Shown: piece after piece, positions 38,721 through 53,371 of the stretch
Position numbering within the stretch: the stretch's first letter is position 1
How the letters are laid out: the number at the start of each line of letters is the position of its first letter
Source of the DNA: Antedon mediterranea
Lineage: Eukaryota; Animalia; Echinodermata
Direction: 5' to 3'
Assembly: GCF_964355755.1 (NCBI RefSeq)
Contig: NC_092672.1
Location: 31,440,437-31,504,436, forward strand
DNA length: 64,000 nt
Position numbers and translations under genes: made by a program
The notes under the pieces: generated by a model
What the model saw: only the letters and a program-made list of their open reading frames with translations
The model's database searches: none
Told to the model about the DNA's origin: nothing

Positions 38721-40984
38721 TAAATAAAATATTCTTTAGTACAACAGACATTTCATTTATTAGATTCTTTACAGTTGTCAACCAATGGAAATTTTGTTTT
38801 TGTAATGTTTGTTTTCAATATACATTTTATTTATTTATGTTCAACAATACTTTACAATGGTGGCCCATCAAGTCGAAGCTGATCATTAGGGATGCACAGA
38901 AAAATAAAATTTGACATTAAAGATGTCCTCCAAACATGAAAAATGAAGATTAATTAAATCAGACTTTGAATATGTTTTTTTGTAGTTTTAATATAGTAAC
39001 ATTTTTAGAATGACCATTTCACATCCCATAACTCACCTCTGACCCCTCTAAAACATCAATTAAAACTCGAATAATATAAATGAATAAATTTCATGTTTTT
39101 TTCTCGTAAAAGTTTAGACTGGCTGCTGCTTTTCACAACCGTCCCACCTATCCATATTAACTCCTCCCCTTCATCCTTTAAAATCATAAAATATACAAAT
39201 CACTTTTTAAACTGCAATCTATAATAAGATACATTGAACGAATACATTGCTTTAACGACATAAAACTCATTACGTTGCAATCCTTGCGGTAATTAATGAT
39301 CCGCTCGTTGCTATGCAGAGGTTGTTTACTAGCAACCAATGGAAATTGCCTAGCTGACATTTCCATTCTATGAATTCTTAGAGATGCGGATAATTAAACC
39401 TTTACGATCTGACAATGATATATATGTATGTATGTATTCAAATACATAATTATTGTTTAAAGCATTCTAGATTTGATCTTTTTGAACTTTTAATACCTTT
39501 TATTGTATAATTATTTATGTTGTACATTTTTTTAAATGAGATATTAGTTTTAAAATACGTAATTATTATTATTTTGTCATTTTGAATATAATAAAGATAT
39601 GAAAATAAAATATAAAACCTGACAGTTTTATATATGCGTACATTCCAATGACTTTTTGCCGAATAAATATTATTATTCAAACTTGTCAATATCAATCATA
39701 TTATTATTATATTATATATTATTATATCAATTATTAGCAATTTACTTTGTCAAAAATTATTTTCTGTAATAATTTTGTGTAAATAATGACAAGTATGTAT
39801 GTTATATAGGATAATATGTAATATATCATATTGTTATTAAGCACCACGCATGTATCTTAAAAATATAAATGAGTCTATAGTTTGACGAGTAAAATTATCA
39901 AATCAAAGAAATAGTTGAGGCAATAGAGGGAGCACTAACTTTGATGAAACCATGGAGTATAAGCCTATTTTTAAATTTTGAATTGCAATGTCAAAGGTAG
40001 GCGTAGTTCATAGTTCACGCACTTCAGTTGTTCAAATTTTGGATCTACCACTGGCACGCACAATGCAATGGGAAGTCACAGAATAAATCATGGTCTTTCG
40101 AATATTGTTGAGGGTTTTTGTGCAGACCCATTTTCTGATATCAATTTTTTTTTTAAATTCTCCGGCTCAATAGGAAGCTTATAGCAAAAATTCTCATTTT
40201 AAATCTTAATAAATTAAGTTTTCTTTTTTAAAGAAATGTTTTTCAACATAGTGCTAGGCTTGTTTTAAAAAAAACAGTCAGAGCAAATTGGAGTTAGTGT
40301 TTACCGACCGACCAACCGACATAATGAGGCATAGAGTCACATTGCACACAACTAAAAACAGGTATGGAGCCCTGCACAGATGGTAAAGACTATAAAACCA
40401 CAAGTGAATGAACACTCCTACTGGTAACCACTGCCTCAGTCAAGGCCTAATAAAATGCTTTTTATGAGTTAATAAGCCCTGTTGATCCTATCTTGATGTA
40501 CAGTAAATACAGATCAGGAAACATAAACAATGTTCCAAGTAGGCTAGCTAAAAAAACACACTCCAGACCAGGAAAGGATCATTTTGAATACATCAATATC
40601 TCGTTAAAACATAAACATTAAAATTATCATCATTTACAACTGTAGCAGTAATTTATGAGTGAAGGTCGCATCCAAAACACCTTTGCCATGAAATATGTCA
40701 GTTCCGAGCAATTAGGAGAAGATAAAATCCATTAAAAATTGTTTCCTCTCCTCATGTACTTTTATATTCGATTTAAATGACAGATATATACGTTACAGGT
40801 GTTTTTAACATGCAAATGTATAGGTTCTAAGAATTCAGTTCTTTCAATCCATACCTGTGTTGTACTCACTTAAATAGCCATAATACAGGAATCAGATAAC
40901 AAGTTTTTAAAGAATAAGAGGTATGTCAACGAGAGATATATAAAATGATAAAACAATTTATTAATTTTTTTTAAATTTTTATTT

Positions 40985-41078
40985 TTTACTTTATTGTTCT
41001 GATTTAGCTTTTTGCTTATTTTATTTGTATCTCCATTGAAATACAGCCACTCACTGATACTCACATCCATGTCATTTT
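40985..41078 (+). mobile_element. Second, more diverged Penelope-like fragment lacking the hammerhead
   Basis: Homologous to the reverse complement of ~9322-9410. Confidence 0.6.
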
Positions 41079-42405
41079 CAAAGTATTTTTCCTTAGGATA
41101 TATACAAACACATAAATATATGTAAAAATATCATATTTTTACATATGTTTATGTTTTGTAGACTCAAAACTAAAGATAGAATTTAGAAAATGCTTCAGAT
41201 GCATGAATGCAAGCATTTTGAACATTTAAAAATCATCAACAATGTAGTAATTATAACAAACTCACAATAATGATATTGCATAATTTTTGAAATTTTTGAT
41301 GTATTGCAGCTTTTTTATTATTTATATAGTCAATAGTAGTTTTATGTTCATACTTGTACATTGTTAAATAATATATAGTGTTTTTAAATATTGTAATTAA
41401 TTATTTTTATATGAAACGTTTTATATATTTTTGTACTATATTGTGAAAAGCACTCAAAATATTTTCCTATGTGGACGAAATAAAGTTATCAATCAATCAA
41501 TCAATCAATAATCGTATCTATGAAAATGAAGGAAAAATATTTTAATCTTTAAATGAACCTACTGAAGATTTTTAACACAATATCAGGGCTTTAAATTACA
41601 TACGTTTAGATGTCAAAAAAAATTAGAAAGATTCTAATAAAGCTTTTTATAAATCTAGGTTTCCATCAGGTTTCAAGATCTTAATATTACCGTAATCACA
41701 AAAAAAGCTAAAAGAAGGTTTAAAAATATTTTCCTAGACCTACTCTGATAAATTGAAGAATAATATTCAACAGCGAATCAAGCTAGAAATATACATTTCA
41801 TAGATTGTGTACGATGGTCCTAATAAACATTGTCAAAAACGTAAAATCAAAAATGATGAAGTACAGATATATGTCATAGTCTGCAAGGATCTAACCAATC
41901 ACGGTACAGAAACCTGATTATGTGATTGGTTAAGAATATGGAAGTCTTAAAAACGGGTTCGTTCTAGATATTTATAAAATATGATGCGCTTACGGGATGA
42001 TAGGTGTTTGCCGGTAAAATAAGTGTAATCTATAAATGTCAATCAGAGACATATAGTGTAATTACACAGAACAATAATTAAATTGTGTTGATGTATTGTG
42101 TTGTTATTTTATCTTTATACTATATGCAATAATGAAACAGGAATAATATCAATTACAGTTACTACACTTGTTATTGAAAAGATGGACTAACTACTAGGTT
42201 TTTTTAAACTAATTTATATAATATATCGATCTATTGCGATAATATTTCTACTTGGAGTAAAGTGTTTATACTTTTCTGCTTGCTTTTGTATTTTTATGAA
42301 TCATGGTTTTTTGATATTTCTTGTGTGGATATTTTCTGATATATTTATTGAAATGCTATATTTTATCTTTATGTGCTACTTGGTAAGAGGATTCACAGGC
42401 TCTTT

Positions 42406-43164
42406 GGGCGCGTTTATACAACACGCTATTACACGCATATTCTACACGCCTACGAAAAGTGTGTTGTATAACAACAAAGAGATTCCGTGTAATGAGATTT
42501 TAATTGCAAAAAAGGCTACTTGGCTGAATCCTAAAATTTGGTGGATTCCCGGTCGCCGTTACCGTGTTGGAAGTGTCCTCAGGGTATATTTTGACCTCTC
42601 GTTAAAACAGGTCGTAATATCAATCATTGCTAACAAGATTATTGGGCCCATTTATTGCTGCTTCGCTGCCAGCAATCATCCTCCTACCACGTCTTACGCC
42701 TAGCCTAGTGGGGCCAACTCGTAGTGGTAGTAGGCCTCTATCGTTTCCCACTCCAAACAGAATAAAAAAAATAACATCGCAAAAATGGCATCTTCTTCCA
42801 TAGTGTATAGATGAAACAATGAAACCCTTAAAATAACTTTTATTAATTTAAATGAACCGAGAACAAAATAAACAACAATGCAAACGTGAACGAATACAAT
42901 ATATAATGAAAATGGTAAAAACCGCGCGAATACATCGGACAGCGAGGAGGCGACGATGATTGTTGACAACTCAGCCAATTCAAGCGCGATCAACGATTTG
43001 ACCTTTTATCCTAGCATGCACTGCGTGTTGATGAAACTTCCGGTATAACACGGTATCGTGATTTCTAGTATAACAGCAAACGTTAAGGTGGGTTGACCTC
43101 GGTCCGAACAACACGCTAAAAATTAAAGCCGTGTTCAAATTTAGGGTGTTGTATAAACACGACC
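42406..43164. mobile_element. 759-bp non-autonomous TIR element with 3-bp TSD (PIF/Harbinger-group-like)
   Basis: TTT|GGGCGCGTTTATACAACAC ... GTGTTGTATAAACACGACC|TTT: 19-bp TIR with 2 mismatches. CpG-rich interior. Confidence 0.8.
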
Positions 43165-44644
43165 TTTCAGAGATTTAGTTCACTTTTGTGTTTCCTACCA
43201 CTTACTTTTTAGTTGTTTGTTTGTTGTTGTTTTGATTGCCAATAAAGAATAAGGATATTTTCATCTTTAAACGGTAAAAATGTGCCTATCGTTTATGCTG
43301 CATGTTTTCAATGCAGGACAGCAACATACAGTATGTAATGAAATTGAAATACATAACTAGTTATACCATAGAGAAATATTTCTCCACGATTATACAAATA
43401 ATTGTTTATGAGTTGAAACAGATTATCTTCATGAGTTAAAAGATTGACTGCTTCATATAATACTTTTATTCAAATAATTCCATCCTAATCAAATTAGGAA
43501 CTTCAAATAATTCAATCTTGAAAAAACACATGGAATTTACAGACATTATACATAAAAGGGGGTTTTTTAAATTCTTTTATTGCAATCAATTAATTGTGAT
43601 TGGATATAACAATATATAAAATACAGAATTATAAAAAGATATAAACAATAAACAACGCAATTATGCTAATTAATTAATATGATTCAACTGCCTTTTTGCA
43701 TTCTGTTATATCATTAACAATGCTAACATACAGTTGAACCTGTTAGAGGGATACTTTCAGGACTTGTTGACTAGTGTATATGATATACTTCCCCTTGTTT
43801 GTTTTGAACATTGGAAAGTTTCCCCATAGAAAAGAGAAGTGGTTCTCTGTCAGGTAAATAATTATTCCCAGATCTAGACAATTTAAACAAAATCACTAAC
43901 CTGTTCTACTTCCTTTTGATTGAATATCAACAAAGTAGGTATACCAATTAAAAACCAGAACAAAAACAGGTGAGCACATAGGAAAATAAACCACAAAGTG
44001 GCACCTGTATGTTAAACCATTGCATCTGTAACCACACACTTAAATAGCACTGTATCCACACTCTCATTGAAAATGTCCATTTGTAAACACAGTATGCTTT
44101 TAATTACACAGCCAGTGAAATAAACTTGACATGTAAAGGCATTTCAACATTACCACTTTTCAAGGATAATTTTGGCAGAAGTCAAGCATCCAATTAAAAA
44201 AAAGTTTATTTTGAAAACCATCAAGAATTTTTTAAATTGTGTCATAGCCTTGTTTCTGGTATTGAGACAACCTTCACAAGGTTGAAAAAAACCTTCTTCC
44301 AAGTATTTACGCTTAAGGTGTGATAAATATGTGATGTAAGCACACAAATTCATTAAACACAGTAGAAATACTTTGACATGTATCTGCTGTATTTCAGTGC
44401 TGAAGAAAAAAGGTATTTGTTGACGCAATGATAAAATAACGAACAATCCTATCTTTGATATTGTTCCGAATATGAAAGTAAACAATACTACAGAAACATA
44501 TGTAACAGCATAGATGAAATTTCCTCTATGGTAACAGGAATAACTGTTGATAAAATATAGATGTAACTATTTTACAGAAGTGTGAAGATAGCCTATCTTT
44601 GATATTACTCTGAATATAAACAAAAACTAAACAGTACTTCAGAC

Positions 44645-45221
44645 AGGTACAAATCCAGAAACGTATGCGACCAGGTACTCTAGAAACGTATGTGACCAGG
44701 TACTCTAGAAACGTATGTGACCAGGTACTCTAGAAACGTATGCGACCAGGTACTCTAGAAACGTATGCGACCAGGTACTCTAGAAACGTATGTGACCAGG
44801 TACTCTAGAAACGTATGTGACCAGGTACTCTAGAAACGTATGTGACCAGGTACTCTAGAAACGTATGTGACCAGGTACTCTAGAAACGTATGTGACCAGG
44901 TACTCTAGAAACGTATGCGACCAGGTACAATCCAGAAACATATGTGACCAGGTACAATCCAGAAACATATGTGACCAGGTACAATCCAGAAACATATGTG
45001 ACCAGGTACAATCCAGAAACGTATGTGACCAGGTACAATCCAGAAACATATGTGACCAGGTACAATCCAGAAACATATGTGACCAGGTACAATCCAGAAA
45101 CGTATGTGACCAGGTACAATCCAGAAACATATGTGACCAGGTACAATCCAGAAACGTATGTGACCAGGTACAATCCAGAAACATATGTGACCAGGTACAA
45201 TCCAGAAACGTATGTGACCAG
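44645..45221. repeat. Bipartite minisatellite: ~10 x 25-bp units then ~11 x 27-bp units
   Basis: tagaaacgtatgYgaccaggtactc (period 25, 44681-44930), then cagaaacRtatgtgaccaggtacaatc (period 27, 44933-45221). Confidence 0.97.
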
Positions 45222-46349
45222 AATAATGGTTTAACATAACTGAGCAAACCCAGTAGAAGATATTTAAATTTTATAGTAATTTAGAACTCTTGAAATAACC
45301 ATTTAAAGCAATATCCCTTTACTTAAAGTAGCCATTAATAAATGAAAACCAAGAAGATGTTTGCAAAAGCAATTTGCTCAATAAATTTTGTAGCACATTA
45401 GAAGATTTTACAGCCGTTTTGTTGAAAACACTCCGATTAAACATATATCAATAACTTTGTTTTGTTGATGAATAAAACCAATTCATATCAGATCTCTAGA
45501 AGGACATGGTAGGCCTATATCTGGGTCTAACAGCATATAATCTCAGTTGAAAATAGCAAAGAATTCTTCTTTCTAATACATAAAAGAATTTGCTATTCAG
45601 ACATATTCTATGAATAGCTGAATTGCTAGACTGCTAGTTAAAATTCTGACACTATCTGTATCTAAAAATAGCCGTATATAAGCATGTAACTCTGACACTA
45701 GCTGTGGCTAAAAGTTTAAAAGTATATTGCTATACAATTCCAACACTATGTCTGAAATTTTCTCACAAAACAGCAACAAAATTATGTATTGAATTACAAG
45801 AAAATAGTCTTAAAAATAGTACTTTTATAGACAAAAATGTACTTACCTTGTATCTCTTATAAATCCAGTTCTCTACTAAATTGAAACTGATTTCTTCTTT
45901 TCAGTCAAGATAAATATAAGCTGACCCTGATGATAAATCTTATCTTTCTTTCAATAAGATACGACTGATAGTTCTATACATCAACAATCGGAAAGATGGC
46001 TAATCAGTAGTTAAATTGCAAAGTATACTCTGTACATATGCTGTATATATCTATGAAAAATGTTAAATACTATACAACAGCAAGATCTCTATTTCTCCAA
46101 CCAACTTAATGCTGTTCCGGTGGATTTACAGCCTCAGCCGCTCTCTTTATTCTTAGCTGTAAATTTTCTACAAAGTATTTCGTCAAATCCTATTTTCATA
46201 TTTTGTGTAGGTTTGTAGGAGAATTTGTGAATTATAGGTACTTAACATGTTCCATTAAACACTTCCAAGCAAGATCTTGAAGTTTCTTATTTCATTAAAT
46301 AGTTCTCAATGCAAAAACTATAGTAAGATAACAAAATACATTTCTAATG

Positions 46350-46765
46350 ACATCCAAAAATAATCTCTAACTTTCCACTGTAAAACATCCAATTGTATTA
46401 AACAGTTCCCAGTGCCATCACTCACTACAAAGTATACAGCAGATCTTTGTATTGAATTTAATTCAACAAATATATTTCTAATATTATCCAGAAATAGACT
46501 CTAACTTTCCACTGATTTTCAATTGTATTAAACAGCTCCCAATGCAAAAGTCTACAGAGAAGATCTTTATATTAAATGAAAATGAAACAAATTTGAATAT
46601 TATCTGGAAATAAACTTTCCACAGAAAAACATCATTGTTGTAGTAAACATTTCCCAATGCAAAACTAAAAAGTATACAGAAATTTTTAACATTCTGAATC
46701 AAAACGCAACAAATAAATTTCTGATTCTGAAATTCAAAAATACCCTCTAACTTTCCACTGAAAGA
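46350..46765. repeat. Diverged ~120-135-bp tandem repeat
   Basis: ctctaactttccactg at ~46365, ~46499 and ~46745. caattgtattaaacagYtccca.tgc and agatcttt.tatt.aat also repeat. Confidence 0.7.
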
Positions 46766-47343
46766 TTAATACTATCCATATTTTTAAAGTCCTTTTAGTA
46801 TCATGTCAAAATTATTGTGATATAATTCCTAGCACAAATCCGGAAACCAGCACCTTTGATGAATACAATATCATAACACATAATTATATTGTTGAATTTG
46901 TAATTCTTCAGTAATACAGATGCCAATTCTCTCAAACCAGTTGAATTTCTTTTGTGGAAAAGCCATTCATTAATTAATTTTCCAGCGGAATTTCAGATTT
47001 GTAAGAACACCAATCTACTTTAATAGATTACAACAACAAAATTTGTGTGCTACATCATTCAGCTGCGAGAGTTACATTTACAAATCTAGATAAATTAGTT
47101 TTAAATATGATTTAAAAATCAATTTTCAGAAAAATTAATATGTAATCATGTATGCTTTGTTAGTCTGTTGAAATATGGATATTGGAGTTGAAATATGTAT
47201 TTTAACATGGTAGACAGATTGACGATTGAATAAATTAATATAGAAATGTAAGGAAAATGTATGCAATAAAGAAATGTTATTCTTTTCATATGGATTTGTG
47301 TATGCGTTAAAAAAAGATTTATAAAAAAAATCAATATAGTATT

Positions 47344-47582
47344 AAGCTCTGTCTACACTATCAAACCTTACGTGACAAAAATTGTGCACATATTATATGG
47401 ACATGATGAAGGCAAATCACTGCCATATTTGGGTATATCACTGCTATATTTGGGTATATCACTGCCATATTTGGGTATATCACTGCTATATTTGGGTATA
47501 TCACTGCCATATTTGGGTATATCACTGCCATATTTGGGTACATCACACTTTTTTTGTCAGACTAGTTTGATATTGTAGACAC
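47344..47582. mobile_element. MITE family A copy with 6 tandem internal 21-mers
   Basis: Left TIR aagctctgtctacactatcaaac, then (atatttgggtatatcactgcY) x6, then right gtttgatattgtagaca. Explains the ORFs at 47361-47578. Confidence 0.9.
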
Positions 47583-47785
47583 CTTGAAATTAAAGAGCTT
47601 GAAATTATTTATTTGCTGTATGTTTTGATGATTAATCAAATAAAGAATTTTAAGTTAAGAAGTTTAATTGCATTCCTCTCACTCATATAATATGGATTTT
47701 GTGTATGCATAGAAAAAATAGGAATATACATTGTATTGTTGCTGTATATATGTATTATGCTACTCTAACAGTTTTTAGCTATAAT

Positions 47786-47970
47786 TACAGTAGATCCCCT
47801 ATAGGGGACGTTTTTGGTCACATAGACTGTCCTCTTAATAAGAGTATCTATCTGAATAGAGGTTGGCTGTTACAACATACGAACTGACTTTCATTCCATT
47901 CAATGAAAATTGTCCTATGGTAAATAGGAGTGTGCCCTTAATAGGGATGTCCCCAAAGGAGGGGTTCACA
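47786..47970. mobile_element. Decayed pogo/Tigger-like MITE; related remnants at ~43729, 49369-49540 and ~50585-50635
   Basis: TA|CAGTAGATCCCCT...tgtccccaaaggaggggttcac. The block aatagggatgtcc.aaaggaggg is shared with 49495-49540. Confidence 0.5.
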
Positions 47971-50320
47971 AAATACTGCTTTACTAATAGGCCAGACACA
48001 TTTTTTTTGTCTTTTGCGATATGGTCGATATCTGTTAACATTTTTGGTCTGACAATTTTAAAATAATAGAGGGCTCCATTATACTGCACATCCTCTATAA
48101 ACAAACCTGGCAGGTGTTATATGAAAATATTTGATGTGCTATACAACATCAATAATAATGTCAAGTGATGACAATTTTAAACATTTTTTAATTATCAAGG
48201 CAGGTGTATATTGCCTATTAAAATCTATTTTTACAAATTTTGTTGAATTATATAGGGTACTATAGAAAAAAAGGTTTTAAAAAATTGTTTGAAGTCAATA
48301 TCGATCGACAATAATATTGAGCCATGGCCTAGAAACCTCTTGCGGATTCCTTTCTAAATAGTATTTTGCGTTTTAGTGTATTTTTTAAAATTTATATAAC
48401 AGCATCATTTTCAAATAGCATCAAGGTTTATTTTAAAGTAAAATCCGATTCAATCTGATATTATAGAAAAAGTAACTACTGCCCTCTTTAGTTTAAAGAA
48501 AAATACTTTAAAAAGTTTTTCAACAGCAGAGGGCAGCAAACTAAAAATAATAGGGAAACAAAATTGACTGTCAATACGAATCATACAGACTTTTTTTTTA
48601 TTAAATTCTAGTCACAATTAAATAAGTGGTCCTACATAAAATAACCAAACAGACACATTCATTTTACCAATACAGAAAAACAACAAGAAAGTATGTGATA
48701 CTGTTGAAGTCAGATCATAGTAGATCCAGTTAAAATCATCCCAAGGTACAAGGTACACTTTGTGTATAAACAAAGTGTTCTGACCTCTTTGGCTTATTAA
48801 TTAAAGCAGAATTCAATTTTGTTTTTTTTGCTTACTGTGGAAGCCATAGTCCCCCTTTTCACCACACATCTGGGTTCGCACATGGATTTCTTTTTTTGCA
48901 TATGGCACATACACATTTCTTCACACAATCTTTTAATGGTTGGCAGGTATTACAAGACTCCAAAAGCCATGAAATAACAATAAATCTGTTTTAAAAAAAT
49001 CCTTCAGAAAGAGAAGGAAAAAAGAGAGAAGATCCTCATTTATGGACTATAGTTTTATGACCAAATCAGCAATTGGAATTCATCAGGTCCGCTAAAAAAA
49101 GATGTGACTCTGTTATATATATATATCCCAGTGAGATAACATAAAATCCTATGCACTTTTTTTGACAATTAAATTTCCTAAGGCTGTGAAAAGTCATAGT
49201 TAAAATGACTCACCTCATTAACAAAAATAACAATGACTATCAGCTTAATAAATATACTCATAATAAATAATTACAATATGTGACACAGACGCAATTAAGA
49301 CATTTGACTTTAAATGTAATTTTGCAGGATATTATACAAAATTATATCATTAATTTTTTTTTAAGGATTACAGTATACCTCTATTAACAAAGTGTCCACT
49401 TAAAAGTGGTTTCCCCTAAATACGCTGTAGTGTTAAAAACATATTGCCCTTTGTTTGTTTCACTGAAAAGTGTTTTTTTATAGTGGGGTCTTCTGAATAG
49501 GGATGTCCTAAAGGAGGGAGAGGGAGGGGATTCTACTATAGTCCCATTTCCCTCACCTCCACCCCCGCAAAAATAAAAATAAAAAACAAAAACTAGAAAT
49601 CACAACTAAAAAAAAAGTCAAACCCACTTTGAATGAAATATTTCATACAACTTTTGATAGAAAATCAATTAATGGGTCAAATTGTACCACAGAAAGTAGC
49701 CACCTGCGAATTCTATTCTATGCTGGTAATTTTTAAAATTTGGAAGTGAACATATTAAATCTTGTTGAAAAGGCCAAAAATTAATTTGATAAATTGCAAG
49801 AATTTAGATGAAACTTTTAGATATCCCAAAATAGAAATAATCAGGCCAGATAATCATATTCAGGAAGCCACTGTTTAGAATCGAGTACGTACAGATTTAG
49901 ATAGAAACTAGCATCTGTCTCGTATATAGCTGCACAGTCACGCATTTCAAAATATATTAAAAAAATATGTGTTTCAATAAAGTATATGCCTGATGAAATT
50001 ATATTTTGAAATAAAAAAATTACTGTTGAATAAACCTGTTTCCTTTTAGACCAGAAAATTGGAATGAAATGAGATACAAAGAATCCATGTATCATTTTTA
50101 TTGTCTTATACATACTTTTTAGAACATAAAAAAAACTGTGATGGTGATTTAACAGTACTATAAAGTAGCTTAGACTTGTATTGTGGTCTCATCTGAGTTA
50201 CAAACATTTTTGTCAAGCATTTTTTTATTTTGTTGGTTATACTGTAGCAATAGATAATCAAATGATTACACTGCCTTTAAATTTGAAGATTTTTTTTCTC
50301 AAGATTTGATGTATATTACT

Positions 50321-50445
50321 AAAGCTTTGTCTACACTATCAAACTTTATGTGAAAAAAAAATGTGATGTGTCCATATATGGATATGATGTTATATCACTA
50401 TCATATTTGGGCATATCATTACCATAGGCACATCACACTTGATAG
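50321..50445. mobile_element. MITE family A copy, right end truncated
   Basis: aaagctttgtctacactatcaaactttatgtga... plus an internal atatcactatcatatttgggc unit. Confidence 0.8.
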
Positions 50446-53371
50446 ACATCTTATAATTGGTGTCTAGGAAAATGTTACATTTAATAACAGCAATATTTTC
50501 CCACTTCTATTCAAGGAACACATAAATTTCCTGTAAAATAAACAAGAGCTTTTAACACTATGGCCAGCCCGATTACCAGGGGACAACTCTATAGGGGATA
50601 CTTTGTTGAGTCCCAAAGGTGTATTCTATAGTATACAAATAGCAGGCCTATAGTCATGCTTCCTGACACTCCTCCACTCACTGGTTTATAAATAACATTA
50701 TCTACAAATATTTACACTAAACATAACTTTTAAAATGTTAAACATTACGGTTTCATAATTGTTATGAAATGACTTGCATGTTATACTAATTATAAAATGC
50801 TTTGTCGGTATGTCTTCAGGTAATCCTAAACCCGTAATTAATTAAGTGATATCATCAGACATGTCAACATAAAAGGTACTGCCATATTTAATAAGAATAT
50901 GATGATTATCATGTTTCCTGCCAATTATTTTCAAAAGTCATGGATAAAAATAAACTGTGCAGGGTTGTGTAGCCACCAGTACGGTTGGTAAGGTTTAAAC
51001 CTGACCACTTTTTTACACAAGCCTTTGACAACCCAGCGGCTTGAACAGAGATTGTTACCTTTTCTTCATGACTGCTGTGTACTACCTAAATAGCATGAGG
51101 GATCATGGCAAAGTTAGGTTTGTTCAATTCATAAACTTTGCATTGAAATTAACTAAAATGATACATGCAATAAAAAGTAAAGATATTGTAGTTACTGCTG
51201 CAGTAGAATAATTTTGACACGATTCCTATATGAAACCAAAATTATTTTTTTTTACAGATTTCCCTCGAATTGAACACTAGAAGACTACAGAGTTTTGACA
51301 ACGAAGGTACAAAGTCTGTATTACTGTTGGTTATGGAAATACTGTAGGTATGAAAGGACTTAAATCCTAATTCGCACATGAATTTTTGTTTGGACAAACA
51401 AACCAAGCAATTGGTAAATTTTCACTGGATGAATCCAGTGTTTTTGCAATTTACTCAATGTAGTTGAGTGAAATATCTACAGTAAAACCTAACATTCAGA
51501 GTAAAAGTCGCCCTAGAGGGCACTTGGACAATGCAAGACCTGAAGAATATTCAGGAACACAAAAACAAAATATTGATCAAAAACTCCCTATAAGGGCACA
51601 CAAAATGTAGAAAGTTTGCTGAAAGAAGTGAAAATGTTGATGATGCAAGTTGAGAAATACATTTCAAGTTTACATCGTTTATCGTTAAATAGTTAGGCTA
51701 AATGTTTTGTAATTCGCCCCTAAAATGTAGTCTATAAAAATGGTAAAGCTTTTCAGGATAGGTAAATATAGTTATTCTACATTAGTATTCCAAACACTTC
51801 CTCATTTTAATCTTATTCAGTTTAGAAGTACGTTAGAAGTACGTTAGAAGCGGCTTTTAAACTTTTAATACATCCTACGTGGAAACAATTACATGTACTT
51901 TAAGCTTTAAAAACAAACAGGGAGATATCCCTTCCTGATCCTCACTACAATTTAAAACAATGCTTTTAACCACATTTAAACTAAAAACTAATTCTAAGTG
52001 GGTTCTGTAAAATGTTAATTGTTATTTTAGATATTCATTTCTCACTTTAGTAGTTTAAAGTATTGTATCTAAAGTTGTTATAATACTTAACAAATGTATG
52101 TACACATGTTTCCCTTTCCTATGGATATTACAATATATCATAAGGAAATACAAGTTTACAAGGTTTTTTTTATCTTTGCTGAACATCCTAAAATATTGGT
52201 AATTATATAGCAAGTATTGTTAAAGAATTAATATATCTTTGCCAGGGCACTATTTAAAAAATAGTTCAGTCGTCCATCCAAGTATTTCGAGTTAATTTTG
52301 TTTTTTCAGAATTGTACATGACCTGGTTATGCATAGATTTAAAACATAATTTGGATATAAAAAAATAAAATATAGCTAAATTTTAAAAATTCTCAATCTT
52401 TATCATGGTATAAAGTGAAGTTGCATTTTGAAGATACTGTGTTCAAGCCAGGTAAACTTTATTATTAAAATATTCATTATAATCTGTGGTTTTTCATAAA
52501 AATTATAGAATCAATTTTTAGTAATTTAATACATAATAGTATGTTGTTTTCTGTGTAGTTTCAATTCATAAATGTTTGTACTTTATGTAAGGTAAACAAA
52601 ACACACCTATCGGATCTATGTGTTAAAAGGTCAAGTTAAGGTCAACTTTGATAGGTATGGATTTTACATTTTGTTTTGGATTGGTATCGTACATACAATG
52701 TTATGACAACAATTATTATTAATGACTTTGAAATCATTATACTCTTCTCTACCCCCTGTTGTATAAATTTAGGACGTGACCTACAGAAATTTAAAGTAAC
52801 ATAACATGTGGGTCGCTGTGACTTAGCTTCTCATAAAGTAGGTCAGATATAATATACAAATAATTAAACTTAATAAATACATGATATCTAGTGATATTAT
52901 AATTACATTTTACACCTCAAGTCGTTTGATGAGTTTAGTCATAATTTCATACTTGAGCCTACGAAAAAAAATTGGATAATTTCCAATATTGTCACCGCAA
53001 ACGTCCGGTTCGTGCTAAAAAGTTCAAAGTCACTTTAACTAGATGTATCCACCCAACGGTAAGTAAATAAGTGACAATAGTGCCAGTAAACACATGGATG
53101 ATTAAAATTATGTTTTTAAATAAAAAATATTATCTTAAAGCAATTAGTGCAGTAAATTAACCTAAAATGTTCACATGACTTTTTTGTGAAAATGTATTCT
53201 TAGGAAATTAAGGATATAGAAGAATAAACCAATATTAAAGTTAAAATAATATGTAACATTTGGTGACTTTTAATGTTTAATATGTTATTTTTGCATTATC
53301 ATTTGGAAATTTTTAATGAAAAATATAAAAAAATAGGACTTATTATATCTTTGCGAGTTATATATTTATTT

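Noticed and set aside
42296-42993. 135-aa and 97-aa ORFs
   Set aside because: They straddle or lie within a non-autonomous TIR element, and show no recognisable domain or splice support.
44645-45247. CRISPR-like array or repeat-protein gene (five overlapping ORFs)
   Set aside because: Units are head-to-tail with no unique spacers, there are no cas genes and the context is eukaryotic. The ORFs result from the 27-nt period.
47361-47578. ORFs with 7-aa repeats (also 20848, 22137, 57709, 57809, 60292, 60317)
   Set aside because: Generated by the 21-bp internal repeat of MITE family A.
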